DNA of 64,000 nucleotides from Lingula anatina (lineage: Eukaryota; Animalia; Brachiopoda), in assembly GCA_051362555.1 (NCBI GenBank), contig CM120648.1, positions 14,938,587 to 15,002,586 on the forward strand, read 5' to 3'. Positions 51,301 to 64,000 of the stretch are shown here, piece by piece. The position numbers and the translations under genes are program-made. Position 1 is the first letter of the stretch. Every line of letters starts with the position of its first letter. The notes under the pieces were generated by a model. It had not been told where the DNA came from, did not search any database, and saw only the letters and a list, made by a program, of their open reading frames with translations.

Positions 51301-54300
51301 AAACCGATAATAATGTGAAAACAGAGGCAAATTTCAAGGATTAAAATAGTTAAATGTTAATAATTTTGACAAATGTGGTCTAATATTTGTGAAATTTGTA
51401 CAAATGATGCTTAACAACTGTAAAAATCTGAGATAAGATTATCAGTTGCCTGAGTCTAATGAAACAAATTTTTTCACACAATATATCTGAGAAAACTGAA
51501 AATTACATTGAAATCAATGGCAAATTAAAGCCTTAAAATAGTTAAACATTAATAATTGTGACAAAACTGGTCCAATCTTTGTGAAATTTATGTAAATGAT
51601 GCTTTACAACAATAAAAATATGAGAAAAGCTTATCACGCCCTGTGTCTATTTTAAGTTTTTTTTTATTGCCAATTCATATCAGAAGAGTGAGAATTTACG
51701 AAAACAAATATTTCAATATTCCAATAAATCATTTTATCTCAAATAAAACATCAAATGTGATGACTTGTGTTTGTTTGTGTAGAAAGTGGCAAATTACCTA
51801 TTATTGTCTTCTGACATACAACATATACCCATTCAAGACTTCTCCTTACTACCAATACAAGATGCCGATTCCTCCTTACAGTGGGTTTCTGGAATCGGTC
51901 CGTTAGCACACCATTTGACCATGTCCTAAATCTTCCCACATATTATGTATTGTACACATGAATGAGACATAGCACTGCTCTTGATGTTGTCTCTCAATGC
52001 CTGTTTTTTTCTTAGCCATGAAGAGACAGAAAGAGTCTGCCAACCAAGAAGCCACAAGGCTGCAATATGGAAGGTTTACCTGGAAAAAGGGCAAATTACA
52101 TGGAATAAAATAGTTAAATGTTAATTATTTTGACAAATATGGTCTAATGTTTGTGAAATTTGTACAAATGATGCCTAATAACAATAAAAATCTGACATAA
52201 GCTTATCAATTGACTGTGTGTAATGAAAACTATTTTTCGGACAATATATTGAAGAAAACCGAAAATAACGTTGAAAACAGAGGCAAATTTCAAGGATTAA
52301 AATAGTTAAATGTTAATAATTTTGACAAATGTAGTCTAATATTTGTGAAATTTGTACAAATGATGCTTAACAACTGTAAAAATCTGACATAGGCTTATCA
52401 ATTGACTGTGTGTAATGAAAACTACTTTTCGGACAATATACTGAAGAAAACCGATAATAATGTGAAAACAGAGGCAAATTTCAAGGATTAAAATAGTTAA
52501 ATGTTAATAATTTTGACAAATGTGGTCTAATATTTGTGAAATTTGTACAAATGATGCTTAACAACTGTAAAAATCTGAGATAAGATTATCAGTTGCCTGA
52601 GTCTAATGAAACAGATTTTTTCACACAATATATCTGAGAAAACTGAAAATTACATTGAAATCAATGGCAAATTATATGCCTTAAAATAGTTAAACATTAA
52701 TAATTTTGACAAAACTGGTCCAATCTTTGTGAAATTTGTGTAAATGATGCTTTACAACAATAAAAATATGAGAAAAATTTATCACGCCCTGTGTCTATTT
52801 TAAGTTTTTTTTTATTGCCAATTCATATCAGAAGAGTGAGAATTTACGAAAACAAATATTCCAATATTCCAATAAATCATTTTATCTCAAATAAAACATC
52901 AAATGTGATGACTTGTGTTTGTTTGTGTAGAAAGTGGCAAATTACCTATTATTGTCTTCTGACATACAACATATACCCATTCAAGACTTCTCCTTACTAC
53001 CAATACAAGATGCCGATTCCTCCTTACAGTGGGTTTCTGGAATCGGTCCGTTAGCACACCATTTGACCATGTCCTAAATCTTCCCACATATTATGTATTG
53101 TACACATGGATGAGACATAGCGCTGCTCTTGATGTTGTCTCTCAATGCCTGTTTTTTTCTTAGCCATGAAGAGACAGAAAGAGCCTGCCAACCAAGAAGC
53201 CACAAGGCTGCAATATGGAAGGTTTACCTGGAAAAAGGGCAAATTTCATGGAATAAAATAGTTAAATGTTATTAATTTTGACAAATATGGTCTAATGTTT
53301 GTGAAATTTGTATAAATGATGCCTAATAACAATAAAAATCTGACATAAGCTTATCAATTGACTGTGTGTAATGAAAACTATTTTTCGGACAATATATTGA
53401 AGAAAACTGAAAATAACGTTGAAAACAAAGGCAAATTTCAAGGATTAAAATAGTTAAATGTTAATAATTTTGACAAATGTGGTCTAATGTTTCTGAAATT
53501 TGTACATATGATGCCTAATAACAATAAAAATCTGACATAAGCTTTTCAATTGACTGTTTGTAATGAAAACTATTTTTTGGACAATATACTGAAGAAAACC
53601 GAAAATAACGTTGAAAACAGAGGCAAATTATAAGGATTAAAATAGTTAAATGTTAATAATTTTGACAAATGTAGTCAAATATTTGTGAAATTTGTACAAA
53701 TGATGCTTAACAACTGTAAAAATCTGAGATAAGATTATCAGTTGCCTGAGTCTAATGAAACAGATTTTTTCACACAATATATTTGAGAAAACTGAAAATT
53801 ACATTGAAATCAATGGCAAGTTATATGGCTTAAAATAGTAAAACATTAATAATTGTGACAAAACTGGTCCAATCTTTGTGAAATTTGTGTAAATGATGTT
53901 TTACAACAACAAAAATATGAGAAAAGCTTATCACGCCCTGTGTCTATTTTAAGTTTTTTTTTATTGCCAATTCATATCAGAAGAGTGAGAATTTACGAAA
54001 ACAAATATTTCAATATTCCAATAAATCATTTTATCTCAAATAAAACATCAAATGTGATGACTTGTGTTTGTTTGTGTAGAAAGTGGCAAATTACCTATTA
54101 TTGTCTTCTGACATACAACATATACCCATTCAAGACTTCTCCTTACTACCAATACAAGATGCCGATTCCTCCTTACAGTGGGTTTCTGGAATCGGTCCGT
54201 TAGCACACCATTTGACCATGTCCTAAATCTTCCCACATATTATGTATTGTACACATGAATGAGACATAGCACTGCTCTTGATGTTGTCTCTCAATGCCTG

Positions 54301-57300
54301 TTTTTTTCTTAGCCATGAAGAGACAGAAAGAGTCTGCCAACCAAGAAGCCACAAGGCTGCAATATGGAAGGTTTACCTGGAAAAAGGGCAAATTACATGG
54401 AATAAAATAGTTAAATGTTAATTATTTTGACAAATATGGTCTAATGTTTGTGAAATTTGTACAAATAATGCCTAATAACAATAAAAATCTGACATAAGCT
54501 TATCAATTGACTGTGTGTAATGAAAACTATTTTTCGGACAATATACTGAAGAAAACCGAAAATAACGTTGAAAACAGAGGCAAATTTCAAGGATTAAAAT
54601 AGTTAAATGTTAATAATTTTGACAAATGTAGTCTAATATTTGTGAAATTTGTACAAATGATGCTTAACAACTGTAAAAATCTGACATAGGCTTATCAATT
54701 GACTGTGTGTAATGAAAACTACTTTTCGGACATTATACTGAAGAAAACCGATAATAATGTGAAAACAGAGGCAAATTTCAAGGATTAAAATAGTTAAATG
54801 TTAATAATTTTGACAAATGTGGTCCAATATTTGTGAAATTTGTACAAATGATGCTTGACAACTGTAAAAATCTGAGATAAGATTATCAGTTGCCTGAGTC
54901 TAATGAAACGGATTTTTTCACACAATATATCTGAGAAAACTGAAAATTACATTGAAATCAATGGCAAATTATATGCCTTAAAATAGTTAAACATTAATAA
55001 TTTTGACAAAACTGGTCCAATCTTTGTGAAATTTGTGTAAATGATGCTTTACAACAATAAAAATATGAGAAAAATTTATCACGCCCTGTGTCTATTTTAA
55101 GTTTTTTTTTATTGCCAATTCATATCAGAAGAGTGAGAATTTACGAAAACAAATATTTCAATATTCCAATAAATCATTTTATCTCAAATAAAACATCAAA
55201 TGTGATGACTTGTGTTTGTTTGTGTAGAAAGTGGCAAATTACCTATTATTGTCTTCTGACATACAACATATACCCATTCAAGACTTCTCCTTACTACCAA
55301 TACAAGATGCCGATTCCTCCTTACAGTGGGTTTCTGGAATCGGTCCGTTAGCACACCATTTGACCATGTCCTAAATCTTCCCACATATTATGTATTGTAC
55401 ACATGAATGAGACATAGCACTGCTCTTGATGTTGTCTCTCAATGCCTGTTTTTTTCTTAGCCATGAAGAGACAGAAAGAGTCTGCCAACCAAGAAGCCAC
55501 AAGGCTGCAATATGGAAGGTTTACCTGGAAAAAGGGCAAATTACATGGAATAAAATAGTTAAATGTTAATTATTTTGACAAATATGGTCTAATGTTTGTG
55601 AAATTTGTACAAATGATGCCTAATAACAATAAAAATCTGACATAAGCTTATCAATTGACTGTGTGTAATGAAAACTATTTTTCGGACAATATATTGAAGA
55701 AAACCGAAAATAACGTTGAAAACAGAGGCAAATTTCAAGGATTAAAATAGTTAAATGTTAATAATTTTGACAAATGTGGTCTAATATTTGTGAAATTTGT
55801 ACAAATGATGCTTAACAACTGTAAAAATCTGAGATAAGATTATCAGTTGCCTGAGTCTAATGAAACAGATTTTTTCACACAATATATCTGAGAAAACTGA
55901 AAATTACATTGAAATCAATGGCAAATTATATGCCTTAAAATAGTTAAACATTAATAATTTTGACAAAACTGGTCCAATCTTTGTGAAATTTGTGTAAATG
56001 ATGCTTTACAACAATAAAAATATGAGAAAAATTTATCACGCCCTGTGTCTATTTTAAGTTTTTTTTTATTGCCAATTCATATCAGAAGAGTGAGAATTTA
56101 CGAAAACAAATATTCCAATATTCCAATAAATCATTTTATCTCAAATAAAACATCAATTGTGATGACTTGTGTTTGTTTGTGTAGAAAGTGGCAAATTACC
56201 TATTATTGTCTTCTGACATACAACATATACCCATTCAAGACTTCTCCTTACTACCAATACAAGATGCCGATTCCTCCTTACAGTGGGTTTCTGGAATCGG
56301 TCCGTTAGCACACCATTTGACCATGTCCTAAATCTTCCCACATATTATGTATTGTACACATGGATGAGACATAGTGCTGCTCTTGATGTTGTCTCTCAAT
56401 GCCTGTTTTTTTCTTAGCCATGAAGAGACAGAAAGAGCCTGCCAACCAAGAAGCCACAAGGCTGCAATATGGAAGGTTTACCTGGAAAAAGGGCAAATTT
56501 CATGGAATAAAATAGTTAAATGTTATTAATTTTGACAAATATGGTCTAATGTTTGTGAAATTTGTATAAATGATGCCTTATAACAATAAAAATCTGACAT
56601 AAGCTTATCAATTGACTGTGTGTAATGAAAACTATTTTTCGGACAATATATTGAAGAAAACTGAAAATAATGTTGAAAACAAAGGCAAATTTCAAGGATT
56701 AAAATAGTTAAATGTTAATAATTTTGACAAATGTGGTCTAATGTTTCTGAAATTTGTACATATGATGCCTAACAACTGTAAAAATCTGACATAGGCCTAT
56801 CAATTGACTGTGTGTAATGAAAACTACTTTTCGGACATTATACTGAAGAAAACCGATAATAATGTGAAAACAGAGGCAAATTTCAAGGATTAAAATAGTT
56901 AAATGTTAATAATTTTGACAAATGTGGTCTAATGTTTCTGAAATTTGTACATATGATGCCTAACAACTGTAAAAATCTGACATAGGCCTATCAATTGACT
57001 GTGTGTAATGAAAACTACTTTTCGGACATTATACTGAAGAAAACCGATAATAATGTGAAAACAGAGGCAAATTTCAAGGATTAAAATAGTTAAATGTTAA
57101 TAATTTTGACAAATGTAGTCTAATATTTGTGAAATTTGTACAAATGATGCTTAACAACTGTAAAAATCTGACATAGGCCTATCAATTGACTGTGTGTAAT
57201 GAAAACTACTTTTCGGACATTATACTGAAGAAAACCGATAATAATGTGAAAACAGAGGCAAATTTCAAGGATTAAAATAGTTAAATGTTAATAATTTTGA

Positions 57301-60300
57301 CAAATGTGGTCTAATATTTGTGAAATTTGTACAAATGATGCTTAACAACTGTAAAAATCTGAGATAAGATTATCAGTTGCCTGAGTCTAATGAAACAAAT
57401 TTTTTCACACAATATATCTGAGAAAACTGAAAATTACATTGAAATCAATGGCAAATTAAAGCCTTAAAATAGTTAAACATTAATAATTGTGACAAAACTG
57501 GTCCAATCTTTGTGAAATTTATGTAAATGATGCTTTACAACAATAAAAATATGAGAAAAGCTTATCACGCCCTGTGTCTATTTTAAGTTTTTTTTTATTG
57601 CCAATTCATATCAGAAGAGTGAGAATTTACGAAAACAAATATTTCAATATTCCAATAAATCATTTTATCTCAAATAAAACATCAAATGTGATGACTTGTG
57701 TTTGTTTGTGTAGAAAGTGGCAAATTACCTATTATTGTCTTCTGACATACAACATATACCCATTCAAGACTTCTCCTTACTACCAATACAAGATGCCGAT
57801 TCCTCCTTACAGTGGGTTTCTGGAATCGGTCCGTTAGCACACCATTTGACCATGTCCTAAATCTTCCCACATATTATGTATTGTACACATGAATGAGACA
57901 TAGCACTGCTCTTGATGTTGTCTCTCAATGCCTGTTTTTTTCTTAGCCATGAAGAGACAGAAAGAGTCTGCCAACCAAGAAGCCACAAGGCTGCAATATG
58001 GAAGGTTTACCTGGAAAAAGGGCAAATTACATGGAATAAAATAGTTAAATGTTAATTATTTTGACAAATATGGTCTAATGTTTGTGAAATTTGTACAAAT
58101 GATGCCTAATAACAATAAAAATCTGACATAAGCTTATCAATTGACTGTGTGTAATGAAAACTATTTTTCGGACAATATATTGAAGAAAACCGAAAATAAC
58201 GTTGAAAACAGAGGCAAATTTCAAGGATTAAAATAGTTAAATGTTAATAATTTTGACAAATGTAGTCTAATATTTGTGAAATTTGTACAAATGATGCTTA
58301 ACAACTGTAAAAATCTGACATAGGCTTATCAATTGACTGTGTGTAATGAAAACTACTTTTCGGACAATATACTGAAGAAAACCGATAATAATGTGAAAAC
58401 AGAGGCAAATTTCAAGGATTAAAATAGTTAAATGTTAATAATTTTGACAAATGTGGTCTAATATTTGTGAAATTTGTACAAATGATGCTTAACAACTGTA
58501 AAAATCTGAGATAAGATTATCAGTTGCCTGAGTCTAATGAAACAGATTTTTTCACACAATATATCTGAGAAAACTGAAAATTACATTGAAATCAATGGCA
58601 AATTATATGCCTTAAAATAGTTAAACATTAATAATTTTGACAAAACTGGTCCAATCTTTGTGAAATTTGTGTAAATGATGCTTTACAACAATAAAAATAT
58701 GAGAAAAATTTATCACGCCCTGTGTCTATTTTAAGTTTTTTTTTATTGCCAATTCATATCAGAAGAGTGAGAATTTACGAAAACAAATATTCCAATATTC
58801 CAATAAATCATTTTATCTCAAATAAAACATCAAATGTGATGACTTGTGTTTGTTTGTGTAGAAAGTGGCAAATTACCTATTATTGTCTTCTGACATACAA
58901 CATATACCCATTCAAGACTTCTCCTTACTACCAATACAAGATGCCGATTCCTCCTTACAGTGGGTTTCTGGAATCGGTCCGTTAGCACACCATTTGACCA
59001 TGTCCTAAATCTTCCCACATATTATGTATTGTACACATGGATGAGACATAGCGCTGCTCTTGATGTTGTCTCTCAATGCCTGTTTTTTTCTTAGCCATGA
59101 AGAGACAGAAAGAGCCTGCCAACCAAGAAGCCACAAGGCTGCAATATGGAAGGTTTACCTGGAAAAAGGGCAAATTTCATGGAATAAAATAGTTAAATGT
59201 TATTAATTTTGACAAATATGGTCTAATGTTTGTGAAATTTGTATAAATGATGCCTAATAACAATAAAAATCTGACATAAGCTTATCAATTGACTGTGTGT
59301 AATGAAAACTATTTTTCGGACAATATATTGAAGAAAACTGAAAATAACGTTGAAAACAAAGGCAAATTTCAAGGATTAAAATAGTTAAATGTTAATAATT
59401 TTGACAAATGTGGTCTAATGTTTCTGAAATTTGTACATATGATGCCTAATAACAATAAAAATCTGACATAAGCTTTTCAATTGACTGTTTGTAATGAAAA
59501 CTATTTTTTGGACAATATACTGAAGAAAACCGAAAATAACGTTGAAAACAGAGGCAAATTATAAGGATTAAAATAGTTAAATGTTAATAATTTTGACAAA
59601 TGTAGTCAAATATTTGTGAAATTTGTACAAATGATGCTTAACAACTGTAAAAATCTGAGATAAGATTATCAGTTGCCTGAGTCTAATGAAACAGATTTTT
59701 TCACACAATATATTTGAGAAAACTGAAAATTACATTGAAATCAATGGCAAGTTATATGGCTTAAAATAGTTAAACATTAATAATTGTGACAAAACTGGTC
59801 CAATCTTTGTGAAATTTGTGTAAATGATGTTTTACAACAATAAAAATATGAGAAAAGCTTATCACGCCCTGTGTCTATTTTAAGTTTTTTTTTATTGCCA
59901 ATTCATATCAGAAGAGTGAGAATTTACGAAAACAAATATTTCAATATTCCAATAAATCATTTTATCTCAAATAAAACATCAAATGTGATGACTTGTGTTT
60001 GTTTGTGTAGAAAGTGGCAAATTACCTATTATTGTCTTCTGACATACAACATATACCCATTCAAGACTTCTCCTTACTACCAATACAAGATGCCGATTCC
60101 TCCTTACAGTGGGTTTCTGGAATCGGTCCGTTAGCACACCATTTGACCATGTCCTAAATCTTCCCACATATTATGTATTGTACACATGAATGAGACATAG
60201 CACTGCTCTTGATGTTGTCTCTCAATGCCTGTTTTTTTCTTAGCCATGAAGAGACAGAAAGAGTCTGCCAACCAAGAAGCCACAAGGCTGCAATATGGAA

Positions 60301-61004
60301 GGTTTACCTGGAAAAAGGGTAAATTACATGGAATAAAATAGTTAAATGTTAATTATTTTGACAAATATGGTCTAATGTTTGTGAAATTTGTACAAATAAT
60401 GCCTAATAACAATAAAAATCTGACATAAGCTTATCAATTGACTGTGTGTAATGAAAACTATTTTTCGGACAATATACTGAAGAAAACCGAAAATAACGTT
60501 GAAAACAGAGGCAAATTTCAAGGATTAAAATAGTTAAATGTTAATAATTTTGACAAATGTAGTCTAATATTTGTGAAATTTGTACAAATGATGCTTAACA
60601 ACTGTAAAAATCTGACATAGGCTTATCAATTGACTGTGTGTAATGAAAACTACTTTTCGGACATTATACTGAAGAAAACCGATAATAATGTGAAAACAGA
60701 GGCAAATTTCAAGGATTAAAATAGTTAAATGTTAATAATTTTGACAAATGTGGTCCAATATTTGTGAAATTTGTACAAATGATGCTTGACAACTGTAAAA
60801 ATCTGAGATAAGATTATCAGTTGCCTGAGTCTAATGAAACGGATTTTTTCACACAATATATCTGAGAAAACTGAAAATTACATTGAAATCAATGGCAAAT
60901 TATATGCCTTAAAATAGTTAAACATTAATAATTTTGACAAAACTGGTCCAATCTTTGTGAAATTTGTGTAAATGATGCTTTACAACAATAAAAATATGAG
61001 AAAA
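43212..61004 (+). repeat. Three near-identical copies of a 5,931 bp super-HOR (5 units: 957+1529+1148+1149+1148)
   Basis: Landmarks 43226, 49157, 55088 and 61019 are exactly 5,931 apart, as are 44183/50114/56045 and 45712/51643/57574. ORF-track variants repeat with the same period. Confidence 0.95.
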
Positions 61005-63128
61005 ATTTATCACGCCCTGTGTCTATTTTAAGTTTTTTTTTATTGCCAATTCATATCAGAAGAGTGAATATTTACGAAAACAAATATTTCAATATTCCAA
61101 TAAATCATTTTATCTCAAATAAAACATCAAATGTGATGACTTGTGTTTGTTTGTGTAGAAAGTGGCAAATTACCTATTATTGTCTTCTGACATACAACAT
61201 ATACCCATTCAAGACTTCTCCTTACTACCAATACAAGATGCCGATTCCTCCTTACAGTGGGTTTCTGGAATCGGTCCGTTAGCACACCATTTGACCATGT
61301 CCTAAATCTTCCCACATATTATGTATTGTACACATGAATGAGACATAGCACTGCTCTTGATGTTGTCTCTCAATGCCTGTTTTTTTCTTAGCCATGAAGA
61401 GACAGAAAGAGTCTGCCAACCAAGAAGCCACAAGGCTGCAATATGGAAGGTTTACCTGGAAAAAGGGCAAATTACATGGAATAAAATAGTTAAATGTTAA
61501 TTATTTTGACAAATATGGTCTAATGTTTGTGAAATTTGTACAAATGATGCCTAATAACAATAAAAATCTGACATAAGCTTATCAATTGACTGTGTGTAAT
61601 GAAAACTATTTTTCGGACAATATATTGAAGAAAACCGAAAATAACGTTGAAAACAGAGGCAAATTTCAAGGATTAAAATAGTTAAATGTTAATAATTTTG
61701 ACAAATGTAGTCTAATATTTGTGAAATTTGTACAAATGATGCTTAACAACTGTAAAAATCTGACATAGGCTTATCAATTGACTGTGTGTAATGAAAACTA
61801 CTTTTCGGACAATATACTGAAGAAAACCGATAATAATGTGAAAACAGAGGCAAATTTCAAGGATTAAAATAGTTAAATGTTAATAATTTTGACAAATGTG
61901 GTCTAATATTTGTGAAATTTGTACAAATGATGCTTAACAACTGTAAAAATCTGAGATAAGATTATCAGTTGCCTGAGTCTAATGAAACAGATTTTTTCAC
62001 ACAATATATCTGAGAAAACTGAAAATTACATTGAAATCAATGGCAAATTATATGCCTTAAAATAGTTAAACATTAATAATTTTGACAAAACTGGTCCAAT
62101 CTTTGTGAAATTTGTGTAAATGATGCTTTACAACAATAAAAATATGAGAAAAATTTATCACGCCCTGTGTCTATTTTAAGTTTTTTTTTATTGCCAATTC
62201 ATATCAGAAGAGTGAGAATTTACGAAAACAAATATTCCAATATTCCAATAAATCATTTTATCTCAAATAAAACATCAATTGTGATGACTTGTGTTTGTTT
62301 GTGTAGAAAGTGGCAAATTACCTATTATTGTCTTCTGACATACAACATATACCCATTCAAGACTTCTCCTTACTACCAATACAAGATGCCGATTCCTCCT
62401 TACAGTGGGTTTCTGGAATCGGTCCGTTAGCACACCATTTGACCATGTCCTAAATCTTCCCACATATTATGTATTGTACACATGGATGAGACATAGTGCT
62501 GCTCTTGATGTTGTCTCTCAATGCCTGTTTTTTTCTTAGCCATGAAGAGACAGAAAGAGCCTGCCAACCAAGAAGCCACAAGGCTGCAATATGGAAGGTT
62601 TACCTGGAAAAAGGGCAAATTTCATGGAATAAAATAGTTAAATGTTATTAATTTTGACAAATATGGTCTAATGTTTGTGAAATTTGTATAAATGATGCCT
62701 AATAACAATAAAAATCTGACATAAGCTTATCAATTGACTGTGTGTAATGAAAACTATTTTTCGGACAATATATTGAAGAAAACTGAAAATAACGTTGAAA
62801 ACAAAGGCAAATTTCAAGGATTAAAATAGTTAAATGTTAATAATTTTGACAAATGTGGTCTAATGTTTCTGAAATTTGTACATATGATGCCTAACAACTG
62901 TAAAAATCTGACATAGGCCTATCAATTGACTGTGTGTAATGAAAACTACTTTTCGGACATTATACTGAAGAAAACCGATAATAATGTGAAAACAGAGGCA
63001 AATTTCAAGGATTAAAATAGTTAAATGTTAATAATTTTGACAAATGTGGTCTAATATTTGTGAAATTTGTACAAATGATGCTTAACAACTGTAAAAATCT
63101 GAGATAAGATTATCAGTTGCCTGAGTCT

Positions 63129-63335
63129 AATGAAACAAATTTTTTCACACAATATATCTGAGAAAACTGAAAATTACATTGAAATCAATGGCAAATTAAA
63201 GCCTTAAAATAGTTAAACATTAATAATTGTGAATGAAACAGCTTTTTTCACACAATATATCTGAGAAAACTGAAAATTACATTGAAATCAATGGCAAATT
63301 ATATGCCTTAAAATAGTTAAACATTAATAATTTTG
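63129..63335 (+). repeat. ~103 bp partial-monomer tandem duplication giving a 1,251 bp unit
   Basis: ...taataattgtg|aatgaaacagcttttttcacac... at 63231/63232 restarts sequence first seen at 63129. Landmark spacing 62167 to 63418 = 1,251. Confidence 0.92.
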
Positions 63336-64000
63336 ACAAAACTGGTCCAATCTTTGTGAAATTTGTGTAAATGATGCTTTACAACAATAAAAATATGAGA
63401 AAAATTTATCACGCCCTGTGTCTATTTTAAGTTTTTTTTTATTGCCAATTCATATCAGAAGAGTGAGAATTTACGAAAACAAATATTTCAATATTCCAAT
63501 AAATCATTTTATCTCAAATAAAACATCAAATGTGATGACTTGTGTTTGTTTGTGTAGAAAGTGGCAAATTACCTATTATTGTCTTCTGACATACAACATA
63601 TACCCATTCAAGACTTCTCCTTACTACCAATACAAGATGCCGATTCCTCCTTACAGTGGGTTTCTGGAATCGGTCCGTTAGCACACCATTTGACCATGTC
63701 CTAAATCTTCCCACATATTATGTATTGTACACATGAATGAGACATAGCACTGCTCTTGATGTTGTCTCTCAATGCCTGTTTTTTTCTTAGCCATGAAGAG
63801 ACAGAAAGAGTCTGCCAACCAAGAAGCCACAAGGCTGCAATATGGAAGGTTTACCTGGAAAAAGGGCAAATTACATGGAATAAAATAGTTAAATGTTAAT
63901 TATTTTGACAAATATGGTCTAATGTTTGTGAAATTTGTACAAATGATGCCTAATAACAATAAAAATCTGACATAAGCTTATCAATTGACTGTGTGTAATG

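Larger units (their letters stand above)
1..64000 (+). repeat. Tandem satellite array of ~1,148 bp units (6-mer-like higher-order repeat of a ~191 bp monomer), 55 core-containing units, running off both window edges
   Basis: The landmark cacgccctGTGtctattttaag recurs at 398, 1547, 2695, 3842, 4991, 6139 ... 62167, 63418. Spacing is mostly 1,147-1,149 bp, orientation never changes, and units differ by scattered SNPs. I saw no non-repeat sequence. Confidence 0.98.

Noticed and set aside
1-64000. CRISPR-like repeat-spacer array
   Set aside because: Repeats are 191 bp and the intervening segments are the same sequence in every unit, not unique spacers. No cas genes are present.

Overview
The whole 64 kb is one head-to-tail eukaryotic-type satellite array on a single orientation, with no credible protein-coding, rRNA, tRNA or CRISPR feature. 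It holds 55 copies of a ~1,147-1,149 bp unit. Each unit has ~3.6 well-conserved copies of an AT-rich 191-193 bp monomer (~27% GC by my count of 1..191) and a ~450 bp 'core' (e.g. ~392..837; its 3' part is ~43% GC). The unit length is almost exactly six monomers. By-eye alignment shows monomer motifs in register inside the core, so the unit reads best as a 6-mer higher-order repeat (HOR) with ~2.4 heavily eroded monomers. Further layers sit on top: coupled 5-mer/8-mer variants (957 + ~1,530 bp, five times), a 3,444 bp 3-unit period, a ~9.35 kb 8-unit tandem duplication, a ~15 kb block re-copied 30-32 kb downstream, and a very homogeneous 5,931 bp super-HOR (x3). There are also two register-breaking lesions (39 bp deletion, ~103 bp duplication) and a clear CpG-decay signature. 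The repeated short ORFs in the track are by-products of the repeat. Organism and centromeric function cannot be established from the sequence alone.
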